Part shown: piece by piece, positions 50,101 through 62,655 of the stretch
Position numbering within the stretch: position 1 is the stretch's first letter
How the letters are laid out: each line of letters starts with the position of its first letter
Origin: Nemertoderma westbladi
Lineage: Eukaryota; Animalia; Xenacoelomorpha
Direction: 5' to 3'
DNA length: 64,000 nucleotides
Assembly (NCBI GenBank): GCA_032718475.1
Contig: JAUCBJ010008798.1
Location: 1-64,000 of the forward strand
Notes under the pieces: model-generated
Databases searched by the model: none
Told to the model about the DNA's origin: nothing
What the model saw: the letters and a program-made list of their open reading frames with translations, nothing else
Program-made: the position numbers and the translations under genes

Positions 50101-51308
50101 TACAAACATGTTTTTGTTACAATTATGTCAAATTAATAGAGCGATCCTAAATATCAACACCAAAGAAAACACTCATCTCTTAGAAACAATTGATTTCTAG
50201 AATACGTCTTGAGTATTCTACATTTCTCTAGCATGGATGATAGCCATTGCATTCCATGTGTAAGTAGTGTAAGTGTTGGTTGTAGTTCAATAAAAGGATC
50301 AATAATCTTTTCTGTAACATTAAACAATACAATTAAATTATTAAAAGTGATTAATTTAAATGTTCAGATCGCTGATAAGTTGACATATTCTAACAAAATT
50401 AGGTAAAAATACATAATTGTCTGAAAAGGGCCACTATTCAGAGTTTATGAACCATTTCTTATATTTATGTAAGTCGCCTTGATGCACCAGCGCGGTACAT
50501 AAATACGTTTTGTGTCACCGCAGCGCTCAAAGGTGATTTATCATTTTCAATTCCCTCTGGTGCAGATTTTTATGTGAATTATAATGTTAACCTTACTCTG
50601 TTAATTAACTCCATGATTAATTATATTACATTTACATATTGTTTGATCTTCTACAGTAGTTATGTTAGACCCTTCAGCTTTCTATGTGTAACCATATTTC
50701 ACATCATGAGATATAGACAAGATACATTTTTTTCATGCAATTTAATGATATTTATCTAGAGATTAATTACAGATTATCTTATCATATAGGAATGTTTGTT
50801 AAAAAATTAACAAAATTAATTTGTTAAAGAATGTGAAAATTTATTTGACAAAATATCTGATCATATAATATTCAGGTAACTAGCCAATAGGATTAGCTCT
50901 TTCATAATCGACAACGCCGTAACTTAAATGGATATAATTTCTGTTTGTGGGTAGTTTTGTATTTTTTATGACTTTATGGGACTAACTTAGGGTAAAAAAT
51001 TGGATTAAAAAAAAATGTTAAAATTTCGTCGCCCTCTAGCTGCCACAAGCGTAAATGTTAATTCACTAAAAACATTTGGACATAATCTATAAATTTTGTT
51101 ACAAGACAACGTAATAATTATTATCAGTTAGATTCAATTGGATTCTTTACATTATTCATCTTATGGCGCGAATCTTTACTTATTATTTTGGAGATTCCAG
51201 ATAATTAGTAATTTTTAGTTGTTAATTATATTACAAAAAATATGCAAATAACGCCAATCAGCCAATAATAATAAGCCAATCATATTTCATTCTCAGCTAA
51301 TAAATTCT

Positions 51309-51992
51309 TCATAATACATTAACCAATAGGAGGAGAGTAAGTAATATACTAGGGGTTACATTGAGTGCGATAGAGGTTGGGCCGTTAGGTTCAACTACAT
51401 CTTCTACAACACCAGTGGTTGTTATATCGGGTGCGATGGAGGTTGAGCCGTTAGGATCAATTATATCATTCCCTTCTTCAGTTGGTTGTTGTTGGTCCGA
51501 TTCCCTATTAACCGCGCACTCGTGTATTTCTATTGATGGTTCCAGTGCTGACCTCTCGCCCTGCTTCTCTAACGCTATATACATCTCGTGTTTCCCAACC
51601 TCCCGTTTTATATACTCCCCTTCCACTCTCTCACTTGTAACATGGACGTTAGTATAAGTAACTCTGATTACTACAGGTCGTCCCGAAACTGAAACTATTA
51701 CACTATTATTAGTATAACCGTTGTAGTATCGCTCCACGTTTCTTTCCCCATCCTCGTAGTTCAACACAAATACAGGATAACCGTCAATCTCTCCAGAGAT
51801 CCATCTTATATCGTTGATGACTATATCGCTTGTGAATTGATAACTTAAGGTTAAGTTATCTCCCTCCTCGACACAGTTCTTACCAAAGGGTTCTACCATG
51901 GTGAGGTTTGTAGGATCGTAGACGACATCTATTCCGTGGCATAAAGAGGTCAGATGGGTAGTAAGTAAAACTGATAAGTAAATCATTAACAT
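51309..51992 (-). CDS. Single-coding-exon Ig-like surface protein (227 aa) with signal peptide and hydrophobic GPI-like C-terminus
   Basis: ATG at 51992, MLMIYLSVLLTTHLTSLCHG signal, VEEGDNLTLSYQF...IRW V-set-like pattern, Thr/Pro stalk, ends SILLTLLLLVNVL. Confidence 0.75.
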   Translation of the reverse strand: MLMIYLSVLLTTHLTSLCHGIDVVYDPTNLTMVEPFGKNCVEEGDNLTLSYQFTSDIVINDIRWISGEIDGYPVFVLNYEDGERNVERYYNGYTNNSVIVSVSGRPVVIRVTYTNVHVTSERVEGEYIKREVGKHEMYIALEKQGERSALEPSIEIHECAVNRESDQQQPTEEGNDIIDPNGSTSIAPDITTTGVVEDVVEPNGPTSIALNVTPSILLTLLLLVNVL

Positions 51993-52276
51993 GGCTGATA
52001 ATATTAGATAATATTTTTTTATATTAAAATTCAACTTTAAACTTCAAACAAATAAAATAATATAGGGTTCTGAAATAATAAAAATTTATAATCAAAAATA
52101 TCTAATATTAACAAATTATTATTATTGGTGATGGTACATGTTTGGATAAAAATATTATACGATCTTTATGGGCCCACTTAGTTACTATGGTTACCGCTAC
52201 AAACATATAAGGGTTGCTGATAAATAGTAGTGTATATTAATAACCAAGAACCATCACGACCACTATTATTAATTAA

Positions 52277-55200
52277 CCCTATTCAGTAGTAACGGGCTAT
52301 AAAATGTTGTACAAATACCGGGGGGGGGGGGGGGGGGGGGTCATATTGACACGCCCCCCCCCCCTCGCAAAAAAAAGTATAAATTTGAGATGTCCAGTGC
52401 TGTTTTTATTGATTCCATCGGATTCAGGATCCTCATAAACCCATATAACGCAATAGAAACAATCTATATTTTACTATCTATTGATATATTTGAAAGAAAA
52501 ATAAAAAACATGGATTTTCAAAAATTTAGTGCTGTGACAAAACTTTTCACCCACCGCCGAAAAATACAAGTTTGAGAACTCTTCTGCATTTTTTAATTTT
52601 ACCATTGAATTTAGAACCCTCACAAACCCGTATAACGCAAGAAACAAGGCCACATAATCAATAGATATATTTGATGAGTTTCAAAATTTGGTGCTAGCAC
52701 CAAATTTTGCACCCATTTCCGAAAAATACAAGTTTGAGATGTCATGTTAGATAATTATATATTCCATTGAATTAAAAACCTATGAAATCTATTAAATGCG
52801 AGCAAAAATTATTTGTCACAATCAATTGAATTTCGTGCTGGCACCAAATTTTGCACAGAGCACCGAAAAATACAAGATTGTTATGCCTGGTGCAACTCGT
52901 ATATATTTCTTCGAAAACAGAATCCCAAAAACCCTATTGTGCAAAGAATAAGTTCCACACATTTTTAAAAATTTGGTGATGGCTCCAAAATTTGGCATCC
53001 GCCGAAAAATTATACGAATTTTTATATGAATTCCATCTAATTGCGAACATCCAAAACCGGTCTAAATAAAAAATATAGATGTTAGAAATCATATTTCATG
53101 AAATGTAATTTTGAAAAAAACGTCTCGAAAATGTGCCAAAAGTAGGGTTAAAAAATATTGCTATAACTCGAAAACTTATAATATGTTTAAAAACCGTTTT
53201 CACAATACGAAGGCAATGGATGTTTAGGAAAAGTCATAAAATTTCAGATTCTCAACTGCGTTTGTTTCAGAGTTTCAACAAAAAACCACCACATTAACCC
53301 CCCCCCCCCCCCTGGGTTTAACCCTTTCCATACCGCAGAACATAATATTGCATATGCCTGGTGGTCCAGTTATTTTGATGTCCACCCTGGACCGCGGCTC
53401 ATACGGGTGAGCCATCAATAAAACGAGAAATGTCAGCCTTAAATGACCAAGATTAGCATATCATTTTGATCAGAAGTAAAATATAAATTTTCCAGGATAT
53501 CTAATTTGGCCACTAGAATAACAGGACGAGCACAACGAGGCTTTTAAATGATACGAGTACTGATAGGGACAGAGTTATAACTAGTGAAATACAGGCAGCA
53601 TGATTGTCAAATTTACTAATCAAGCATAATAAAGCGTGAAATGCTGCATTTGGCGCTATTTATTAGTGTATACTAATGTTGTACAGTTAGTTAGTCTATA
53701 CATTCTTCAATACTGCAGTGCTACTGAATTATACAGAAATGAATGACATCTTTCACTATTGGTAGGGACTGTCAGGCAGCTGCTGAGTATAGGGATACTC
53801 ATTTTACTTGTCCCAAATACCTAATGTGAGCATATTAACACGTTCGTGGGGCCTTCGCGCAGCACGAGGCCCAGTTATTAGATACAAATTAAAATTGAGC
53901 GACTGTATCACAAAATCAGGTTTTGAGAAATTTACCCACACCACCAATCAATCAAAGAAAGGGGGACAGTACGTGTTTACCCCTTTTAATCTCTCCGCCC
54001 CCCCCCCCCCCACCCTTCCCAACCACCAATACATAACCGCGACATCTACCACCCACGGAAGGGTAGCACGAACTTGTTTCCAATCGCACGTTAAATATGC
54101 AAAGCCAGGTGGTTTATAGGAATATAATAAACGCAGTACTCGTTTTCATTAAAAGCCTCTTTGCGTTCGTCCTGTTTTGTATTTAAATATATTTCTTAAA
54201 CGCAGGCTAGGACGATCTTTATAATAATAATAACTAGGGATGCGATCAATATGTGAAGCCAGGTGGTTTATATAATAATTTAGTCAACGCAGTACTCGTC
54301 TTCATTATATGCCTCGTTGCGCTCGTCGCTTGTCCTGTTTTGTCATAAAATATTTTTCCTAAACGCAGACTGACGATCTTTATACAGTTATAACTATGCG
54401 AAGTTTCGAAACTGTGCGAGTAACTGTTGATACATCTATGTGGAGATGTGTGATATGTGGAGATGTGTGATAAAACGCCAACGCATCTTATGCCGATGTA
54501 GTAATATGGGTATTGAAATAATAATAAATCAATGTACACTCTTAAAGCTGCAGCGAAAAAATGTAGCTAATTTCCTAGGTTACATATAAAATAATAATAT
54601 TATTTTTAAGAACATTAATTTTACTACTTTGCAAAAATTCAATTAAAAAATAACATATACATTGTGGAATTAATCATTCCCAGCAACTGGCTGGCTTAAG
54701 ACACATCCTTCCATCTATGTACCAACATGTAAATGAGCAGTATTTAATGAGAATCAATTTTTTACGCCGTTTTAATTACTTTAGATCAATTAAAGACACA
54801 ATTATTAAAGCAAATCACTTGAACTAATTAAAAACTATAATAGAATGGCGTATGTGGATTACATCTGTATAATTTTTAAGTATAATTATTTAAATCTTAT
54901 ACTGTAAAACAATTAATTTCCTTTAAAAGGCAGGTTGAAAATGGTGTTTTTACAGCTATTATCTTAGCTTCTCGAAGGCCACACGGAAATTCTACTTGGA
55001 AAATTTCTAAACTTTTGCCAAACAACATGTGTAAAAAGTTTGGATAGATTTCATCAAAGATTGGCCGAGTTATTAACGTTTAAAATTGAACGCGACAGAA
55101 CGAAAGAACGACAGGTTGATTAATGGTACCACTACGCTAAGGCTCACTCACTTCGTTGCTCGCCCCACACTTATCTGGCATCCCAGTCATACTGTACTTA

Positions 55201-55312
55201 GGAAACCATAGAACGTAATATAATATCATGGCTCATATTGGTGTGCCACCGCCACGGGAGGGTAGGTTGTGGCTCATACGGGTGTGCCCCGGTATGGAAA
55301 GGGTTAATAGGG
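52277..55312. mobile_element. Outer piggyBac-like non-autonomous element
   Basis: TTAA-CCCTATT ... AATAGGG-TTAA, with poly-G / poly-C subterminal tracts and internal ~170-bp repeats at 52390-53010. Confidence 0.6.
53322..55303. mobile_element. Inner piggyBac-like non-autonomous element
   Basis: Perfect 14-bp TIR CCCTTTCCATACCG with TTAA on both sides (53318-53321, 55304-55307). No transposase ORF. Confidence 0.85.
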
Positions 55313-55329
55313 TTAAGAACTAACTACTA

Positions 55330-55610
55330 CCGGTCCGGGTATGGTTCATTACTTCATGGTTAATATAAACTACCCTTTCATTATTGTAGCGAGTGGTTAA
55401 AGACGGCCAAGTACTGTAGGGCTGAGTACAACATTGGTAGCAGATGGTGGTAATGGCAGATGGGACTTAATGAGGACGTAAATTGGGACATACAAGGTAT
55501 CAGGTAGTATATCCATGTCTTTTACCTGAGCCGCTACCGGTAGCTGAATGGTTAGAGCGTCATTCTTCCATACGGAGGTCACCAGTTCGATCCCACCTGG
55601 ACGTCAGTGC
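55330..55610 (+). repeat. Dispersed repeat ending in a tRNA-like segment
   Basis: Homologous to 37255-37403 (same strand) and about 7880-8070 (reverse strand). Confidence 0.7.
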
Positions 55611-57127
55611 CGACTATGTAAAACTGTGCCCAACAAAACGTTATAATAATAAGAAACCACTCATTCACCCAAAACACTAATAATAAATTATAAAAACATT
55701 AAAAATAGTTTTTAATGTCAGCTATTGTTAAAAAAAACGCAGTTCAATACCAACTTGCCAGTTTGAGAATCTAAACTAAAAAATAGAGTAACAGAAACTA
55801 TTTCTAACTTAGATTAATGTGAATGCAGACGATCCATAATAAACAGCCCATTTATAAAGGATTCCTGGAAGGATTGGTTGAATTCAACCAGAACCAAACA
55901 TTTATTTGAGTCCAACACAGTTCAAAGCGACTTCTAAAAATAAACTGTCTAGACATGCCTTCGCCCCATGACATTACTGTATAAATTACGACATCTGGTG
56001 GCCACAGTTTATCTGAGTGAGTGAGCTCTGAGCCAATGGGAGCTGCTATTGGTGTGCGCTGCTGTAATATTAATGGAACTATTATTCAGCACTGCATCGC
56101 TCAGCCATACACTGCCGATCGTAGATAAAATACAGATTAACGCAATACAGACAGACGAATAGCAGCCAATACCCCCGCTCAGATAATACTTATCAGTTAC
56201 AGTTAGTCAACAGGGCAGAACAAATAATTTATAGCGCATTGAATCGAATGTGACGTAATTACGGTATATCACGTTCACCAAACATGAGTGAGACGTGACA
56301 GATAGCTTTACCCAAATAGCTAAATCGTTATAGCCAACAGGCATTTTATTATATATTAACTTTCAGTTTTGGAGAGGAGTTTATCTCATTTCACATTTAT
56401 TAACCTATCTTATTAAAAATAAAACACAACATATCAGAAACTCTAGAAGACTATCATTGCATTGCGATGATAATAGGAAATGATATATTGAACGCACATC
56501 GCGTTTGGGAAACTAAAGCAACTAATTGGAGACTCTTATTCCAACAGTATGGTAGGCCTACTCGGTTGGTATACTCGGTTCCCTGAAGGATGGTAATCCC
56601 GATACTAATGTTGGTTTACAGCCTTATAAACCTCGAAAGAGACGTGATGAGATCGAGAGGACGGGAGACGAGGAAGATCACGATATATATTCAACGACTA
56701 TATTCTACACGTACGAGCGTAGCGAGGACAGAGATAGGTTAATTGTGTTCTGTAACGGGATGACGTGTAGAATCAAACCGCGAATGTTGGATATTATTTA
56801 ACAGACGAACTGAGAGCCCAAGAAATAATAGAGCGAATCACTAAACAACTAGACAATGGTCACTATGAGATTGGAATGTTGTGGCGACGCAAACCGAAAC
56901 GATCTTAAAGATCAACTTTCAGCTCCCCTTCAAAAGAACACTGACTTTCTGATCACTTGTTTTCACTTTGTTATTAATTAATTAAAAAATAAAACTTGAG
57001 TTGCCTAAACCAATAGATAATCTGAAATTCAAGTTACTTTCTACAGATTTCAAACCCGCCCATGTTGCGGATTTTTCTCTGGGTTAAGGTTTTGTTAGTT
57101 AATCAAATAGACAAGGAGGTTGGATGA

Positions 57128-57330
57128 ATTCTTAGCCCGCAAGTATTCTTAGTCCGCGGGTATTCTTTGCCCGTGAGTATTCTTAGCCCGCGAGTTAGTA
57201 AAGGAGCAGGTTAGTAAAGGAGAAGGTTTCGCAGGCGTATTGGGGGAACCAAAACAATAAACGTTATTGGATTGCGGGCTAAGAATACCCAACCCACGGG
57301 CTAAGAATACTCGCGGGCTAAAAATTCCTA
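57128..57330. repeat. Small inverted-repeat MITE (ttagcccgcgagtattc units)
   Basis: About 3 units on the left and inverted units (gaatactcgcgggctaa) on the right. Confidence 0.6.
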
Positions 57331-57829
57331 AGACCGCAAGGCATAGCATAAAGGCCCGATCACACTCACCCGTGCGTGAGCGATACTACTACTACTATAG
57401 TTAACAGGTAGTTTGGCGGACTCAATAATGGTTATAGTCTATGCCGGTATATAAATATTCATTCCAGAACATTAATTTATGTAATGTGTGATGAACCAGT
57501 ACTGTAACATGTAATTATAATACCTGTGAAGACCCTTTCAATAATAACTTTGACAATAAAATATAACAGCACCGGTAGGCCTATAATCAAGGGCCTATAG
57601 GCCTATATTTAACATTTAAAATAATTGTCAACCTTAATTGTTTAACACTAAAGTAGTAAAATCTCGCTCTGGAATGATAAATTATCATATTATGGCAAAC
57701 CAGTTATAATCCCACATGAGTACGAATACCTCGTGATAACCCTACTGTACAACAATCCCTTGGCTTTACTCAACATATCAATTCTAAACTCAATTCAGCC
57801 TACAGCGTTATCGGATCCCTCAACCATAG

Positions 57830-58230
57830 TCAACTGCTAAAGTAAACAAGATCATCCGCTGTATTACGTTTAGTTATTACAGATCATCGTCTCTTCCAAT
57901 TTATCAAAAATTAAATATCTTGCCTCTAGAACGATGAATGACAGTATATAAATTCGAAGTCTGTAGCATGTAACCATGTATGCATGACGTCTTCCATAAA
58001 CCTTCCCACCCCCTCACCCATTTGTTCCATAAAACCTCAAGTATTCACACATATAACACCCGCGCTGCATCGTCCTGCAATTTATATATTCCACCGATCC
58101 GTCTCGACTCTGCACACAAATCCCTCTCTTTGTCTTTCTATTTGGATTCTCTCAGTCAAGAAAACAAAAATTCAAATACTAAACTTATTTTCTAGAAAAA
58201 GTTAAAAAACTACCTGCTTTTTCCCTTAGC
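57830..58230 (+). pseudogene. 3' relic of a CR1/L2-like LINE ORF2
   Basis: KIIRCITFS..R.SSLPIYQKLNILPL and HTYNTR..NLYIP motifs typical of the C-terminus of such ORF2s. Frames are broken. Confidence 0.55.
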
Positions 58231-59266
58231 CTTTAATCTTAGCTTCAGTTTTAGAATACCTTGTTGTCAGTGAGACTCTCCAATTTCTCTCCTTTTTTTC
58301 TCCCATTTTTGTTTACTTTTTATCTCATCATGTTAATTATACAACAATTAATAAATTAATAAAATGATTCTTAACCACTGGCTTCTCTCTCATTTAATTG
58401 CGGTTGTGATAGTGAGTGACGGCCCAAGTTTAGGTTTTGGATCTGGCTTTTCAGGTTCAATACGACCCTTTGATTTCTGACGCGGATAACCCCCCCCCCC
58501 CCCCTCCTTCCTGCCCATATATTTTTCTATCACCCCTCCCCCCCCCCGCCCCTTTCCCTTTATCCGTAGGATAGGCAGGTGCTACAGTAGCTCTGCCTGC
58601 CTCCCCACCTACTGTACCAATAAACTACTTTGCAAAAATTAATATTATACACTGAGTAACAGGTTGTACTTGCGTCCCGGCCAGACTTTTAATTAAATCT
58701 ACTTTATACCGTATTGTACTGTGTATTCTAGGGATGGAGCGGTTAATTGATATAATATTCAATTATATTCAAACCATCTCCCGTTTCTCTCACTACATCG
58801 AAACCGGAGAAGAAAGTCACACCAATCGCTATACACTATTCAACAGATCGGTCCATCTCATAAACTAAAACACCTTTAATATCCCCGATAAAATAAAGAA
58901 CACACACGTTAAACTTATGTTAATTAGGTTTACTTTACATACATCAGCTTCTAATATCTTATCGATACTACGAAATTTACCTACCAGCTTACTAAATCGG
59001 AGTGGAGAGGAAATGTATAACAAATTAAATTAAAATGTAAATAAATGTAAATTCAAGTTTATAAAACTCAGTCCACCTGACAAAACCTCTTAGAATCAGA
59101 AACAATAACGTGGCAAAACCCCGTAATTTATCATTAATTATAGAATTATATCCTCATAAATGCCGTGGATTTTCAAAATTTTATTTTGTTCGAATTAATT
59201 TGCTATAAAGATTACATTAAGTCCTCATTTGCATTTACTATATCTATTTGTATAACATTGTTTAAG

Positions 59267-59340
59267 TGGTTCAGTAGCTCAGTCGGTTAAGCGTTAGAAA
59301 ATCGTGTAGTAGGTATCGAGTTCGAATCCTAGCAAGTGTG
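59267..59340 (+). repeat. tRNA-like / SINE head
   Basis: gtagctcagtcggttaagcg A box and gagttcgaatcc B box. No intact cloverleaf. Confidence 0.5.
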
Positions 59341-59450
59341 AATTATTTTTTGTGCTAAGTTTCAACTCATTTGAATTGACCGCTACGATTTAATTGTATC
59401 TGCTTAAGGTAGATTAACCAATACGATTGCAGTTATTAGATAGCAACCAA

Positions 59451-59760
59451 TGTCGTGCAAGATACGTGTTTGCTGGACCAATAATTATCTTTAAAAACCT
59501 AGTAGAACTCATAGAACAATCTAGATTTATCTAGATTGTTAGCAGCACAAATTTGCTATAAAAAGGTGCGATTTTGTTCATTAGTTATCTTGTTCTTACA
59601 CAATAGTATTAGATTAGATATTATTAGATAGCGACATTATTTCTTGTTACATTTATTGTATATCATTTGTTTGTAATAAAGTTAGAAAGTATTTGTTACA
59701 TCTGCTTTTACTATGTTTCACCACGGTGAACACCACTGAAAGACAGATGGCAGGCTAGAC
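59451..59760 (+). mobile_element. Short LTR (~295 bp) followed by a PBS-like TGGCAG; truncated LTR retrotransposon
   Basis: TGTC...GACA termini (59451-59745), TATAAAA near 59557, AATAAA at 59675, then ga-TGGCAGGC. Confidence 0.4.
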
Positions 59761-62169
59761 ATCGGATCGCGGCAATAGACGGGAACATCGGAGGAATGTA
59801 GGAAGGAGACAACCCGCAATATCTATTCTTAGTTATTCGCCCATCGCCTGAAAGGTTAGACAGCGTTCGATGCCTCGTTACCTAAGCGTAAGACCTAAGA
59901 TCGAAGGTAGAGGTACTGACACGCTGTGCGCTAAAAATTACATTTAGGGACTGTACTGTCTTAATTCAGAAAAACCCGCAGTAGACCTTCACATTCCTAC
60001 GGGGAGGAGATCAGGCAGAGAGATACTAGTACACAGATAGGACACAGGCACACCAGTACAAGGCATACACATTAGTAGGGTGCAGCAAACTGTACGCCTA
60101 ACTCATTTGCTAAGTATAGGGGCTTTGGTGGCTTGTTTGTAGTACAACGGTGTCCATTTGCATTAGAACTTGTAGGCCAGGAAGGGTTACTGTGTTTTTA
60201 CCTGAATTAGGATTGTACTGTTCAGGCGGTAGGTAACTGTCTCAACATTGTATTCCTTTAGTTTTGAATCCGTTCAAACTCAGCAGACATCTTTTGTTTG
60301 CTGGTTCGTAACATAACCAACCTAGCACTTCCACTGTTGACACATCTCATAAACCGCAAATATTTTAAAACATATTCAGGAGTAATGACTACGTTGTTAG
60401 GAGCCCGCTTGACAGCGGGATACTTACTGTAAGAATCTTCAGGATACATTACATTGACTGACATACTGACTGACTGATAATTATCTAGGTTAAGGCACTT
60501 CCTGCCTGGCGATTTTGATGAAATTTTGCAAGTACATTTCTTTTGAGGTTCATAATCGCGTTACAAAATTAATTTCAGATCGATTCTATGTGTGGTATTC
60601 GATATATTTAGTTTTTTGACATTGTTTTGTCGCGAAATTAAAAGCAATGGTAAAATAATAGCTGGTGTTCATGATGAAATATGGCTTAATATGTTATACA
60701 CAGTCATAGAAAAACGTGTTGGTTGCCAAGTTTTACTAGTAGGCTATAAGGAAAGGCAATGTTTACTCACACATAAGCTGTTGGTTTCTAATGTATTACC
60801 CCATAAGCTGATTGCTCTCCCAGTGCTTCCTAAGGGTATATCTACAATAAGGTTACTCACTCTGCTATGTTAGGGAGTGGATCAGGAGAATGAATTTTAG
60901 TTACACAAAGCAGTGTGTTGTGTCCTATTGCAGTCGATACTCACTGTGGATTGCAAAATGTTTTATAGTTGACCTACACTATAATACAGTAGTTGCATGT
61001 ATTTAAGGAGCCCGCTCTGGCCTACTGCCTAACTTAGCAGTAATACCTATATTACATATACACATATTAAAAATATTCTTATTTTTTTTATTACATACGA
61101 TTTTTTAGCTGAAACGATTTTTTAGCTGAAGCATTAATAGTGTAAATTAATTTAATTATATTTTAATACCATTACTACATTGGCATACTGTAAGATAAGT
61201 TTTAATATTTCTTACAAATAGTGGTGCGAGCATAAATCAAATCACGCAAATTTAAAAGAACCGGGTGTGTTGTCATAGCAAAGTTTCAGTTTTTATTATG
61301 TGGGACGAGCCACAAAGTACTGCTGAGAAAGACTGAAAGGTTCAAAGACTGTATGTCAACAATGTTATTATTATTATAGTCTGCGCCACAAACAGAATAT
61401 GCCAAATAATTAAATTAGCAATATAAATTTCAGAAAAATAGCTATCGGACTTGGCTGAAGAAATCGAATTATAATCCACTTAGTTTGTTATATTGATGAT
61501 ATTATTACTTTCTGGGAATGTGTTGGAATGGGAGATTGTAAATTATTATTGAACAGTAAATATTACATATCCCATAAAAGTCGTCATAATTAATTGTGTA
61601 GAAACAATTGTTCACCTTATCGTTTAGATTAATTATTAAATAAATATATTAGTTTAGATATTTTCTGTTAGCGAATTTATTTCGAATAATAAAAAAGTGT
61701 GTAGGCCGATTGAATGGTTGTTTAATTTGCGTTATTATTTTTCGCCGCGACCTAGACTTCTATTAATTGTTAAATCTAATGGTTTTCAAAAAGAAAGGTA
61801 ACCGTACCTGTACTGGTAAATCTAACTTGTTATGTATCTGGTTGTGAATCATGGGCATTTTCTTATAAATATTCGGTTGTTAGTGGCAGCAAAGTTTCAT
61901 TTTTTATTATGTGGGGCAAGCCACAAAGTCAGCCATGTATCATCACACCATTTAGACAATTGTTTAGTTTAGTATTGGCTAGGATTCTTTCCCCCGGGCT
62001 CCTTCCAGCCAGCTTGCTGGCTCTCTAGTAAATGGTATGATAAAGTTACGGCAGACTATAGATTAACAACATTCAGTCTGGTCAGGTACAAAGAAAGTCG
62101 CGCGAAGTTCAGGGAGATCTCTACTTTTACCGATTATGATTTTTTACAATGATTAACAGAATACGTCGA

Positions 62170-62655
62170 AAAACTTAAGGTCCGATTATTTAGAGCGGCA
62201 GTAGTTCCAGTACTCCTCTATGGGAGTCCATGCTGGGCTCTAACTGCTGAGGACACCAAATCTCTGGATGGCACATTCACAAGAAATTAAATTACAATAC
62301 AATACAAGAATGCTACCTCGGGTTTACTGTATAGAGTACGATGCACACATCTCCAACCAGATACTATAGATAGAACATTGCAGGTGTCTCATTGGTTCCC
62401 CCAAGCTTGACACTAGAACGAAGCCGCCTCCGCATTGCAGGACATTGCTTTCGCCGTGAGGACCATCCTGTTCGCAATCTTGTGCTTTGGCGGCCTCATA
62501 GAGACATTAAACATGGTGGACAGCCCATAACTTTCTTGAGACGCCTCATAAAGTAAAATGGCCTTGAAGATGAGGATAATCTCGCGAAAGTCATGGGGGC
62601 TAGGGTGTTGTGGCGGAGCAACTTTGTTGATTAGCCGGCATAGCATTCTTAAAGC
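62170..62655 (+). mobile_element. Third, more decayed 3' fragment of the RTE LINE
   Basis: aaacttaaggtccgattatttagagc...ctcctctatgggagtccatgc matches 10060-10170 and continues to tagccggcatagcattcttaaa. Confidence 0.9.
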
